Assembly (NCBI GenBank): GCA_036339465.1
Contig: JAYZAY010000094.1
Coordinates: 1-20,785, forward strand
DNA from: Myxococcota bacterium
GTDB lineage: Bacteria > Myxococcota > XYA12-FULL-58-9 > JABJBS01
Length of the DNA: 20,785 nt
Direction: 5' to 3'
The notes under the pieces were generated by a model, which saw only the letters and a program-made list of their open reading frames with translations, searched no databases and had not been told where the DNA came from. The translations under genes were made by a program, and so were the position numbers. Positions 9,527-18,278 of the stretch are shown piece after piece (position 1 is the first letter of the stretch; each line of letters begins with the position of its first letter).

Positions 9527-10013
9527 TGCCCCCTCCGACTTCCATTTTTAATCGCTTTTTCGATCAATCTTCCAATGACGTTGCACCCGGCCCCAGCAGA
9601 CCCACGCAAGTCTGCGAGAACACTATTGAATGTCTAATCATTTATTAAATGAAATCGAGATATTCAGTCTCCTGCCACCACCGGTGTCAGAAAAACCCTT
9701 ATTGTCGCCAATCCCACAGTTGCGCTATTGCAATCGCCTGTGTCAGTTAAGCCCGTCTATGTATTCCAAAATTCCTATCCGACTCAGCGTCATTGCGGGC
9801 TGCAACTTCCTGCCGACCCTTTAATTGTTAAATCACCACCCCTAACAGGTCAACGAGAATTGGCAACGTAATGTATCGCAACGTACGGCGACGTACATTA
9901 TAGATCGATAGGGTGAAAAATTTGAGGGTTCTCACGACATGACTTATGGGAAAGCCCTCCAACACACTAAAATCGCTTTCTGTTTTCACAATTCTGCAAT
10001 TTTTGACACGCCT

Positions 10014-10706
10014 TTACGCAGCCCCATATTCACGATAATATCGGTTGATTTTCGCCAGATGCTCACCCGTCGGGTCATAGGTTTCCTGCTTAGACTCCTC
10101 TGAAAGCCATGCTATTAGGTCTTTTATCGAAATTAACGACGCTGCCTTAAGGCCGTATTTCTCCTGCACCTCCACCATAGCCCCTTGATTCCCATCACCT
10201 TTTTCCATTCGGTCCACAGACACGACCAGCCCCACAAGATCCACGTGTTTCCCTTTGAGAATCTCCAATGTTTCCCGTACTGAAGTGCCTGCGGTAATCA
10301 CATCCTCAATGATAACAACCTTTGGTTTGGGGCCACTTTCAGAAGAAAACGTCTCCCCAATTAAAGCCCCCCCCTCTCCATGATCTTTTACCTCTTTGCG
10401 ATTGAACGTCACGCTGACGTCACGGGCAAAACCTGTACTCAAACTCACAGCCGCAGCACTTGCCAAAGGGATCCCTTTATAAGCTGGGCCATAGAGTCCA
10501 TCAAACTCATTCCCAAATTCAGAAACCATTAACTCGGCAAAAAAGTCACCTAATTTCTTAAGCATTGCCCCAGAACGGTACCGCCCTGAATTAATAAAAT
10601 AGGGACTCTCACGACCACTTTTGGTGGTAAAAGTCCCCAACCGAAGGACATCAGCTTCTAACATAAACTCGATAAAATCGTTTTTGCGCTCAGCACTTAA
10701 TCCCAT
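10014..10706 (-). CDS. pyrE: Orotate phosphoribosyltransferase
   Basis: Motifs GTFTTKSGRESPYFIN, GPAYKGIPL, FNRKEVKDHGEGG and the PRPP loop IIEDVITAGTS. Confidence 0.95.
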   Translation of the reverse strand: MGLSAERKNDFIEFMLEADVLRLGTFTTKSGRESPYFINSGRYRSGAMLKKLGDFFAELMVSEFGNEFDGLYGPAYKGIPLASAAAVSLSTGFARDVSVTFNRKEVKDHGEGGALIGETFSSESGPKPKVVIIEDVITAGTSVRETLEILKGKHVDLVGLVVSVDRMEKGDGNQGAMVEVQEKYGLKAASLISIKDLIAWLSEESKQETYDPTGEHLAKINRYYREYGAA

Positions 10707-10709
10707 GCT

Positions 10710-11537
10710 CTACTCCCTACAAATGTTATTTCCTTGAATCTCCCAAACATCGTCGCACAACGAGATTCTGTCACCCAACCCCATCTCAGCCCACTCCCAA
10801 TCGGCTTTCTTCAAGCCTTCACCCTCAGTTTCGTCATAACGAGAATGCCACGGCATCAAAATCGAAAAAGGAGTCACCCCGGCCTTTGAAAACTTGGGCA
10901 TCAAAGGAAAGACCTTTCGGTTACCAAGATGAGTTACAAGTTCACCCAACCCGGGAAATTGCGACAATTCCCCAAGCATCCAGAGCGTAGGCGGGGCCAA
11001 CACCAATTCCCTCTCCTGAGCCTCCCTTAACCAAACCGCCGCCGAAGCCCAGCGCCAATTGGCCACTTCCCTTTCAGAAGGACAAATCTCAAGCCCCAAA
11101 TCTCCAACTAAACCGATGAAAAACCAAGTGTCATAGCGCCGACGTTCCGCTGACGGGGTAATCCAATGGCTAAAGAGAGACAAGACTGAAGCCTCTGTTT
11201 CACCCACCGATTCCCCGGAGACTAAATCCACCAAGTCCGACACTTTAATCCCAACCTCTTCTTCCATCTCCCGCAAAGCACATCTCCAAAGAGAGTGGTC
11301 CAAAACGACCCGTTCGTCCCGGCCAATCAAGGCCCGCCGAAATAATCCCGTGAAAATATCATCATAAACTCCCTCCGGATCTGCATCCTCAGCGGCGACC
11401 TTGCCACCGGGAAACGCATAAGCCCCCCCCATAAACCGCTGGGTGTGGGGCCTCTGAATGAGGAGATATTCCAACTCAGATTTATCTTTTGATTCTCGTA
11501 ATAGGATGACTGCGGCTGCATACACCGGTGATACCAT
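10710..11537 (-). CDS. Nudix hydrolase, NUDT19-like subfamily with split Nudix box
   Basis: AAAVILLR, FMGGAYAFPGGKV...D, an insertion, then ALREMEEEVG, HWITP...RRYDTWFF and LAPPT. ATG 11537 has GGAG upstream; the ORF track starts at GTG 11555. The stop is 3 nt from the pyrE start. Confidence 0.8.
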   Translation of the reverse strand: MVSPVYAAAVILLRESKDKSELEYLLIQRPHTQRFMGGAYAFPGGKVAAEDADPEGVYDDIFTGLFRRALIGRDERVVLDHSLWRCALREMEEEVGIKVSDLVDLVSGESVGETEASVLSLFSHWITPSAERRRYDTWFFIGLVGDLGLEICPSEREVANWRWASAAVWLREAQERELVLAPPTLWMLGELSQFPGLGELVTHLGNRKVFPLMPKFSKAGVTPFSILMPWHSRYDETEGEGLKKADWEWAEMGLGDRISLCDDVWEIQGNNICRE

Positions 11538-11590
11538 TGTGATTGCTCCATACACTCAAGTGGGTCTAAGCCCACAACAACCCAAACGAC

Positions 11591-13330
11591 CTATGGATGC
11601 TTTTTGCCCCATGAGTCTTTGAGCGCAACAGTACGGTTAAAAACCAAAGCCCCTGGTTTTGAATCCACGGAATCGGAGACAAAATAACCTACCCGTTCAA
11701 ATTGATAGCAGCTTTCGGCATCATCATCTGCGACACTTGGCTCGATGAACGCTTTCACCACTTGAAGAGAGTCAGTATTCAGGAAATCGGTGAAGCTCTT
11801 TGCTTCCATAGCGACATCAGGTTGCTCCACATCGAAGAGCCGGTCGTACAGCCGAACCTCAACGGGCAAACCATGCTCGGCCGAAACCCAATGAATCACC
11901 CCCTTCACCTTGCGCCCCTCTGGTTTCTTGCCCAAAGTATCTACGTCGTAGCTACATTTGAGCTCAACAATGTTCCCCTCTTCGTCCTTAATCACTTCCT
12001 CGCATTTTATAACGTAGCCGTAGCGCAGCCGAACCTCTTTTTGCGGCGCGAGCCTGAAGAATTTTTTGGGGGCATCTTCCATAAAATCATTGCGGTCGAT
12101 GTAGAGTGTCTTTCCAAAGGGAAGCTTGCGGGAGCCTTCCTTTGGCACGTCGTGGGGAAAAGAAGGACCTTCCAACCACTCCACCTTTTCCGCCGGATAA
12201 TTATCGAGGGTTATCTTTAAGGGCTCTAAAACACACATGCGACGTGGGGCCAATTGATTCAAATCATTGCGCACACTGAATTCTAACTGTGCCATGTCCA
12301 CCAGGCTATTGGCCTTTGCCACCCCAACCCGCTCGCAGAAATCTTGAATTGCTGCCGATGTGTAGCCCCTTCGCCTCATACCCGCGATGGTAGGCATACG
12401 TGGGTCATCCCACCCCGCCACATCCCCATTTTCAACCAAAGCCCGCAACTTCCTTTTGCTCATCACGGTATAACTGAGATTCAATCTCGCAAATTCAAAT
12501 TGCTGCGGGGGCGGCTCACAATCAACCTCAGCTTCATGGACCAACCAATCATAGATATCTCGGTTATTCTCAAATTCGAGCGTGCAAATAGAGTGGGTGA
12601 TGCCTTCGATGGAATCAGAAAGACAATGCGCAAAATCGTACATAGGGTAAATACACCAAGCGTCCCCACTTCGGTGATGATGGGCATGACGAATGCGGTA
12701 CAAGAGTGGGTCCCGCATTTTCATATTGGCAGCGTTCATGTCTATGTTCGCCCTAAGCACATGTTCGCCGTCGGCGTATTTCCCTTCCCGCATCTCTTCA
12801 AATAGCTGAAGATTCTCCTCCACACTCCGAGAGCGGTAAGGGCTTGGTTTACCAGCTTCCTTAACTGTTCCCCGGTAAATTCGGATATCCTCCTCACTAA
12901 GACTGCAAACGTAGGCCTTCCCCTTCTTGATCAGAGTCACCGCAAAACCATAGAGTTTCTCAAAATAATCCGAAGCATAGAAAAGCTTCTCTCCCCAATC
13001 AAACCCCAACCACTTCACGTCCCGCTGAATGGAATCCACATATTCGCTGTCTTCGGCCAATGGATTCGTATCATCCATACGAAGATGACAGATGCCATGG
13101 TAGTCCCTAGCCAAACCGAAATTCAGGCAAATGGATTTTGCATGACCAATGTGAAGATAACCATTGGGTTCGGGCGGAAACCGCGTCACAACGCGACCAC
13201 TGTGCTTACCAGAAGATAAATCCGATTCCACGATTTGCCGAAGGAAATTCGAAGGTGCCTTTTCGCTTCCCTCAGACTCAGACTCAGACTCAGACTCAGC
13301 TACGACGCCACCTGCATTGACCTCACTCAT
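11591..13330 (-). CDS. glnS: Glutamine--tRNA ligase
   Basis: [18 protein letters not shown] (HIGH), [25 protein letters not shown] (KMSKS equivalent), [14 protein letters not shown] and [11 protein letters not shown] 13330 has GAGGAGG upstream; the ORF track extends to 13390. Confidence 0.96.
   Translation of the reverse strand: MSEVNAGGVVAESESESESEGSEKAPSNFLRQIVESDLSSGKHSGRVVTRFPPEPNGYLHIGHAKSICLNFGLARDYHGICHLRMDDTNPLAEDSEYVDSIQRDVKWLGFDWGEKLFYASDYFEKLYGFAVTLIKKGKAYVCSLSEEDIRIYRGTVKEAGKPSPYRSRSVEENLQLFEEMREGKYADGEHVLRANIDMNAANMKMRDPLLYRIRHAHHHRSGDAWCIYPMYDFAHCLSDSIEGITHSICTLEFENNRDIYDWLVHEAEVDCEPPPQQFEFARLNLSYTVMSKRKLRALVENGDVAGWDDPRMPTIAGMRRRGYTSAAIQDFCERVGVAKANSLVDMAQLEFSVRNDLNQLAPRRMCVLEPLKITLDNYPAEKVEWLEGPSFPHDVPKEGSRKLPFGKTLYIDRNDFMEDAPKKFFRLAPQKEVRLRYGYVIKCEEVIKDEEGNIVELKCSYDVDTLGKKPEGRKVKGVIHWVSAEHGLPVEVRLYDRLFDVEQPDVAMEAKSFTDFLNTDSLQVVKAFIEPSVADDDAESCYQFERVGYFVSDSVDSKPGALVFNRTVALKDSWGKKHP
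13271..13299. repeat. Hexanucleotide microsatellite (CTCAGA)x~4.8 within the glnS 5' end
   Basis: ctcagactcagactcagactcagactcag is read directly from the sequence. It encodes the ESESESESE run on the minus strand. Confidence 0.9.
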
Positions 13331-13582
13331 ACTTCCCTCCTCTACAAAACCGTTGAGCAACCACCGAGAATTCGAAGAGGGCCGTAGCATCGAAACCTCT
13401 GCCCCGCAACCAATCCCTCCGCCCCTTGAACCGAAAATTCACAGGCTGGAGAGGAGAGAGCGGCCTGAACTTAGCGAGGCTTTGAACCTGGCTCAAAAAA
13501 CGAGTCACGCGGGATCCCAAGCTTGTCCTATCCTGTGGTAATCATTGCGATAGGAACGCTTTTTGGATTATGAAGGCTTTTA

Positions 13583-14296
13583 ATGAAACTATCGGAACCA
13601 GCCGATTCGGTGCTTTTTGTCGGCGATATTCAGGGTTGTGCCAATGAACTGCGTGCGCTCCTACAAAAAGCCAACTTCAATCCCGACAAACATCAACTCA
13701 TTCCCCTCGGAGACACGATTAACCGAGGCCCCAAAAGTCTCAGCGTACTAAAAACCCTACAAATCGCCGGCGCGGAGCCTATCCTAGGGAATCATGAGTA
13801 TTTTCTTCTCAAGGCACTCAGCGGTGAAAAAAGTGCTGCCTGGCTAAGGGATCAAACATTTATCCAAGAGCTCCACCGCACCAAAAATCCAAGCCGATGG
13901 GTCGACTGGATCTCAACTTGGCCATTGTCAATTTCGGGACGGGGATGGCTCGCGGTCCATGCGGGGGTCCACCCTCAGCTGCCCCCCGAAAAAACGCCCG
14001 CCAAATTCCTTTTAACCGTGAGGGTCTGTGATAAAATGGGCGCCTATCCAAAAAAATGGTCCGGCGATCTTCACTCAATTCCCTCAGGCTATCGCCCTTG
14101 GTATCACTACCAGCATACGAAGACACAAAATGGAAAGATATTCTACGGACACTGGGCTAGAAAAGGCCTAACGGTTCGTAAATCAACCATTGGGCTCGAC
14201 ACCGGATGTCTCTACGGAGCACAACTCTCAGCCTGCTGGTTTCCTTCGGGACAACTCATCCAGGTCCCATCCCAGCAACCCAAACAATTCACCTAA
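13583..14296 (+). CDS. Metallophosphoesterase, ApaH/PPP-like (symmetrical diadenosine tetraphosphatase-like)
   Basis: Motifs VGDIQGC, LGDTINRGPKS, LGNHE, VHAG, YGHWA and LDTGCLYG. Confidence 0.8.
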   Translation: MKLSEPADSVLFVGDIQGCANELRALLQKANFNPDKHQLIPLGDTINRGPKSLSVLKTLQIAGAEPILGNHEYFLLKALSGEKSAAWLRDQTFIQELHRTKNPSRWVDWISTWPLSISGRGWLAVHAGVHPQLPPEKTPAKFLLTVRVCDKMGAYPKKWSGDLHSIPSGYRPWYHYQHTKTQNGKIFYGHWARKGLTVRKSTIGLDTGCLYGAQLSACWFPSGQLIQVPSQQPKQFT

Positions 14297-14309
14297 AAAC
14301 ACTTGGAAC

Positions 14310-14708
14310 TCATACTTTTCCAAGTTGGGTCTGGAGATAATCCCTGAGAATTCCACAAGAATCAGATTCAATGTGCTCACGAAAACAAACCGCAATACGG
14401 TTCCTGGGATAGTAAAGGCTGCAAAATTCCACGCGCATAACCTCGCAATCGCTTTCGAATTCACCATTGGGAAACATCATTTGAAGACCCGCTTTTGCTC
14501 CCACCAGCTCACCGGCCAACCCCTCCCCTTGCTCCACCTCCAGCAGCGCGCCATGCATGGATAAATCATCCACCATGCCGATAAACCGCTTCTGCCCCAC
14601 CATCAAGCTGAAGGGAACATGCTTAATCTGAGCGCGTTCGGCGAGACGACGGTCTTTCCCTGTTTTCCCACGTAATTGCCACTCTTTTATCATTGCGGCC
14701 AACCGCAT
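14310..14708 (-). CDS. Stand-alone PilZ domain protein (c-di-GMP receptor)
   Basis: RxxxR (RRLAER) and DxSxxG (DLSMHG) motifs with beta-rich spacing and a terminal helix. GGAGG lies upstream. Confidence 0.8.
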   Translation of the reverse strand: MRLAAMIKEWQLRGKTGKDRRLAERAQIKHVPFSLMVGQKRFIGMVDDLSMHGALLEVEQGEGLAGELVGAKAGLQMMFPNGEFESDCEVMRVEFCSLYYPRNRIAVCFREHIESDSCGILRDYLQTQLGKV

Positions 14709-14890
14709 ATTCTCTCCTCCGACTGGGCTTCCTGCTGATTGCTACACCATGATCGCAATGAACACCTTCACAATGCAAGAGTCCTGTGGGCCCTTAATCC
14801 CAATTAATTCGTGACAAACGTATATTGCGCGGTTAGGGATCGAGGCGCCTTAGGAACCCAAATATCAACCAAGCTGCGAGTCTTGAATCC

Positions 14891-15589
14891 ATGAACCACA
14901 ACGCCACTCAATTGCATGCCGACCCCGAAAAGGAAGGCGTGACAAAATTTTCGAGCCAACACAAGACCGCCCCCATTCCCACAACTTGGAATTCACAACT
15001 CCAGAAGTTACTTGGCTGGAGAACCGTGGCCTTCGACCTTGGAGCAATCGGTATAGATCCCAATCGTTACCAAGGTTTAGGCTACGGAAACTTCTCCATT
15101 CGAATTCCTCCCGCCTATCGGGAAACGGGCAAACGTTCGTTCCTAGTAACTTGCACACAAACCAGTGGCCCCAGACGGATTAACCCTGATGCGGTGTGTG
15201 CGGTACTTAAATACTCAACCGCGAAAAACGCCGTGGTCAGTATGGGCCCCTGTCGCCCCTCATCGGAATCTCTCACCCATGCAACGATCTACGACCTGGA
15301 TTTTCGAATTCAATCTGTTATCCACGGCCACATTCCAAACTTGTGGCGATTTGGCATCAACAACCAGTGGCCCACCACACCTGAGCACGTCGCTTATGGC
15401 ACCACTGCCATGTGTCAGGCCGTGCGAAGGCTCTACCGCAACACAGACCTCCCCACCCGCAAGCTCCTATTGATGGGCGGACATGAAGACGGCGTCATTG
15501 CCTTCGGTCGATCCCCCCAAGAAGCATTCACCCATTTTTCAGCAGGTCTCGCTCAATCCTATGGTCAAAACGAGAACAGGGCCGTCTAA
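14891..15589 (+). CDS. Class II aldolase/adducin family protein
   Basis: GYGNFSIR, PSSESLTHATIY, VIHGH, YGT and GHEDG give the class II aldolase fold with three His metal ligands. The substrate is unknown. Confidence 0.8.
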   Translation: MNHNATQLHADPEKEGVTKFSSQHKTAPIPTTWNSQLQKLLGWRTVAFDLGAIGIDPNRYQGLGYGNFSIRIPPAYRETGKRSFLVTCTQTSGPRRINPDAVCAVLKYSTAKNAVVSMGPCRPSSESLTHATIYDLDFRIQSVIHGHIPNLWRFGINNQWPTTPEHVAYGTTAMCQAVRRLYRNTDLPTRKLLLMGGHEDGVIAFGRSPQEAFTHFSAGLAQSYGQNENRAV

Positions 15590-15612
15590 CTTGTGCCCAA
15601 ACGACCGATGTC

Positions 15613-16428
15613 TCAAATGATTTTTTTCTCCGTCGGGCTTCTATAAGCCATATCCACCTCACCACTCACCTCCCGAAAAAAGTGAGACAACCCTTTGGGA
15701 ACCGTGAAAAAAGCCCCATTGGCCCCACTCGCCAGCCGCTCGAGAATCAACCAAGCCACCCAAGGATTCGCGCATAGGGCCAAGTGCGTCCCTGGCACCA
15801 TCCAGTTTTCAGGTTGCACGGATTCAAATTCCAAACAATCCCACCAATTCACGATACCGTCCCACCGACAAACCACCGAAGTAATCGGCACCGCCACACG
15901 AGTCAGTCTGGGGATGCGGTTGGAGCTGGACTTCGCTACACCGCGCATGGCCCGTACCCCATGATACAGCCATCCCACCCGCGTCGAAGTCTGCATCCCA
16001 TGAATTGGGCTTGCCAACATGATAACCCGTTCTACCAAATCAGGTGCTTCAGCAGCCAGGGTTCGGGCCATCACACCACCCAAGCTCCAGCCAATCAAAG
16101 TCACCCGTTTACCTTCCCCTTGCTGGTGCATTTCGCGCAAACGAATATGCATGGCCTCCTTAATGCCCGGCAAGAAACCAAAATTCGGACCTCGTTCCCA
16201 ACGGAAAACCTTGTAACCGCTTGATTCCAGTAATCTTCTTAGGGGACGCGTATGATAATCCACCGTGCCCATCCCAGGCAGAACCCAAACGGGTTGCCCC
16301 AGACCCTTCTCCCCTAAAAGCCTCAGTCCACGGGCCACAAGCCGCATCTGCAAATAATCCATGGGAGCCCGGGCTTCGAGCAAAGCCTGAAAAAACGGCG
16401 GAGGAGAATGATTGGTCTGTGCATTCAT
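15613..16428 (-). CDS. Alpha/beta hydrolase (esterase/lipase family)
   Basis: VWVLPG oxyanion region, nucleophile elbow GWSLGG, DGIV acid and GTH histidine. Confidence 0.85.
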   Translation of the reverse strand: MNAQTNHSPPPFFQALLEARAPMDYLQMRLVARGLRLLGEKGLGQPVWVLPGMGTVDYHTRPLRRLLESSGYKVFRWERGPNFGFLPGIKEAMHIRLREMHQQGEGKRVTLIGWSLGGVMARTLAAEAPDLVERVIMLASPIHGMQTSTRVGWLYHGVRAMRGVAKSSSNRIPRLTRVAVPITSVVCRWDGIVNWWDCLEFESVQPENWMVPGTHLALCANPWVAWLILERLASGANGAFFTVPKGLSHFFREVSGEVDMAYRSPTEKKII

Positions 16429-16563
16429 CGCTTACTTACTTTATAACACGCCCCGTCGAGAAAATGCGAACTCCCCGTTTTGCTATCCCTTGCGAAAAAC
16501 CGGCGCCGAGGATATCCACAAAGCGACACACCACCCCTTTATAATAGAATAGGAGCAACCATC

Positions 16564-17451
16564 ATGAGAATTGGGGTTGATTTAGGTGGGACCAAAGTCG
16601 AAGGTATTCTCGTTAACGACCAATTGGAAATATTGGAACGCATTCGAAAACCCACCCCCAACACTGAAGGCTACCCAGCCATCCTTAGAACCATCATCGA
16701 ATTAATAGGCGAGTTGGATTCCAGAGCCGGCCAGCCATGTCACATTGGGATCGGCACGCCTGGCGCTCTGTCTCAAGTCACAGGCCGCATGAAAAACAGC
16801 AATACCCTAGTCCTCAATGACCAACCCCTCAAAGAGGACCTCGAATCAGCGCTAAACCGCAAGATAAAAATGGCCAATGACGCCAATTGTTTTGTGCTTT
16901 CAGAGGCCATTGATGGGGCCGCTAAGGGTAAGAGCGTGGTCTTCGGTATCATTTTGGGAACCGGTGTCGGGGGCGGCATCGTCATCAACCAACAGGTCAT
17001 CGAAGGCCTCCACGGCATCGGGGGTGAATGGGGCCACAACGAATTGGACCCCAAGGGCCCCATGTGGTTTGATGGGCGCCCGGGTTGTGTGGAATCCTTT
17101 CTCTGCGGCGGTGCCCTAGCCCGTGAGTATGTGGGCCACGGCGCCCCGGAAGGCTCCACTTCTCACAACTTGGTCGAGGATATGCGCAACGGCAATGGGC
17201 TGGCCATCAAGACCTTCGATGAATGGATCGACCGTTTTGGGAAAGCCCTTTCGGTGGTTCTCAATATTCTGGACCCAGATGTGGTCGTCTTAGGCGGAGG
17301 ACTCTCAAACATCGATGAGATCTATGAAAAAGCACCAGCGGCTGCCGCCAAATATATCTTCAACGACGAAATACGAACCCCCATCGTTAAAAACGTCCAT
17401 GGGGATTCCAGTGGCGTGCGGGGTGCAGCCCTTCTCTGGCCCAACCCTTAA
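16564..17451 (+). CDS. ROK family sugar kinase (Mak/fructokinase-like)
   Basis: Motifs IGVDLGGTK, GIGTPG, KNSN, ANDANCF, GIILGTGVGGG, GEWGH, LDPDVVVLGGGLSN and HGDSSGVRGAA. I prefer ATG 16564 (AGGAG at 16551) over the TTG at 16480. Confidence 0.9.
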   Translation: MRIGVDLGGTKVEGILVNDQLEILERIRKPTPNTEGYPAILRTIIELIGELDSRAGQPCHIGIGTPGALSQVTGRMKNSNTLVLNDQPLKEDLESALNRKIKMANDANCFVLSEAIDGAAKGKSVVFGIILGTGVGGGIVINQQVIEGLHGIGGEWGHNELDPKGPMWFDGRPGCVESFLCGGALAREYVGHGAPEGSTSHNLVEDMRNGNGLAIKTFDEWIDRFGKALSVVLNILDPDVVVLGGGLSNIDEIYEKAPAAAAKYIFNDEIRTPIVKNVHGDSSGVRGAALLWPNP

Positions 17452-17466
17452 GGTTTTGTCTCAGAT

Positions 17467-17820
17467 ATGATAAATTGGCTCAAGCAACGAAGGACCAAAA
17501 CAGTGCAACCACCACCCATCACAGATTTTTCTGACCTCGAAGGAAACCCCATCCACTTGGTGCTTTATCAGTATGCCAGCTGCCCATTTTGCCGAATGGT
17601 TCAGTCCGCCCTCCGCGACCTAAACTATCAGATATCCCAAAAAGACACCCTGCGCGACAAGGAAGCCCGCATGGAACTCAACCGTGTGGGTGGGAAAAAC
17701 CAAGTTCCCTGCCTCTTCATTAATGGCAAGCCACTTTATGAATCTCAGGATATTGTTCATTTCTTACGAACACAAATTCGGCCTATCCCCAAACCGGAGC
17801 CCCAAGAAAATGGACCATGA
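17467..17820 (+). CDS. Dithiol glutaredoxin-like protein
   Basis: CPFC active site, QVPCLFING cis-Pro motif and LYESQDI. Confidence 0.85.
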   Translation: MINWLKQRRTKTVQPPPITDFSDLEGNPIHLVLYQYASCPFCRMVQSALRDLNYQISQKDTLRDKEARMELNRVGGKNQVPCLFINGKPLYESQDIVHFLRTQIRPIPKPEPQENGP

Positions 17821-18226
17821 AGCAGAACAAATTGCGCAATTTCTCAAGAGTCCAAGCTTCGGCGTGGTCGGTGCATCCCAAGACCGCACCAAATACGGCA
17901 ATAAAGTTCTGCGCTGTTATCTCCAGCACGGGCACTCGGTGGTCGCTATCAATCCCCGAGGGGGTAGAATCGAAAAACAACCGACCTTTGAAAATGTGCG
18001 TGGGTTGCCGCCCGAAATCCAGAGCCTGTCTCTGATTACCCCACCCCACATCAGTGAAGAGGTCATCCAAGAAGCGGCACAGGGCCATATTCGAAATATT
18101 TGGCTACAACCCGGTGCGGAGAGCCCCCGGTGCCTGGAAATTTGTCAGGCCCACGGCATCAATGTGATCGCAGGCGGGGCGTGTTTGCTGGTGGTCTTAG
18201 GCTACCGAGACCACTACGAACCATAA
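17810..18226 (+). CDS. CoA-binding protein (YccU-like Rossmann fold)
   Basis: FGVVGAS...KYGNKV, INP, IWLQPGAE and CLLV motifs. ATG 17810 overlaps the glutaredoxin 3' end; the ORF track start at 17684 is too far upstream. Confidence 0.85.
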   Translation: MDHEAEQIAQFLKSPSFGVVGASQDRTKYGNKVLRCYLQHGHSVVAINPRGGRIEKQPTFENVRGLPPEIQSLSLITPPHISEEVIQEAAQGHIRNIWLQPGAESPRCLEICQAHGINVIAGGACLLVVLGYRDHYEP

Positions 18227-18278
18227 TCCATTGCATTCCACACAGACCATGGGCAAATGGGCTCTAGGGAGGAGATAA

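Noticed and set aside
9630..9824. Small ORFs in intergenic gaps (9630..9824, 18776..18973, 3890..4105)
   Set aside because: They have no recognisable motifs or convincing coding character and are probably spurious.
9660..9830. Cobalamin riboswitch upstream of nrdA (minus-strand fragments CGCAACTGT and GGCAGGAGAC)
   Set aside because: The other conserved elements (AGGGAA, GGTG-AA-TCC, GCCACTG, GGGAAG) were not found in the right order. An Rfam scan is needed to settle it.
16540..16545. Perfect TATAAT upstream of the ROK gene
   Set aside because: No matching -35 element or extended -10 motif, so it is insufficient to call a promoter.
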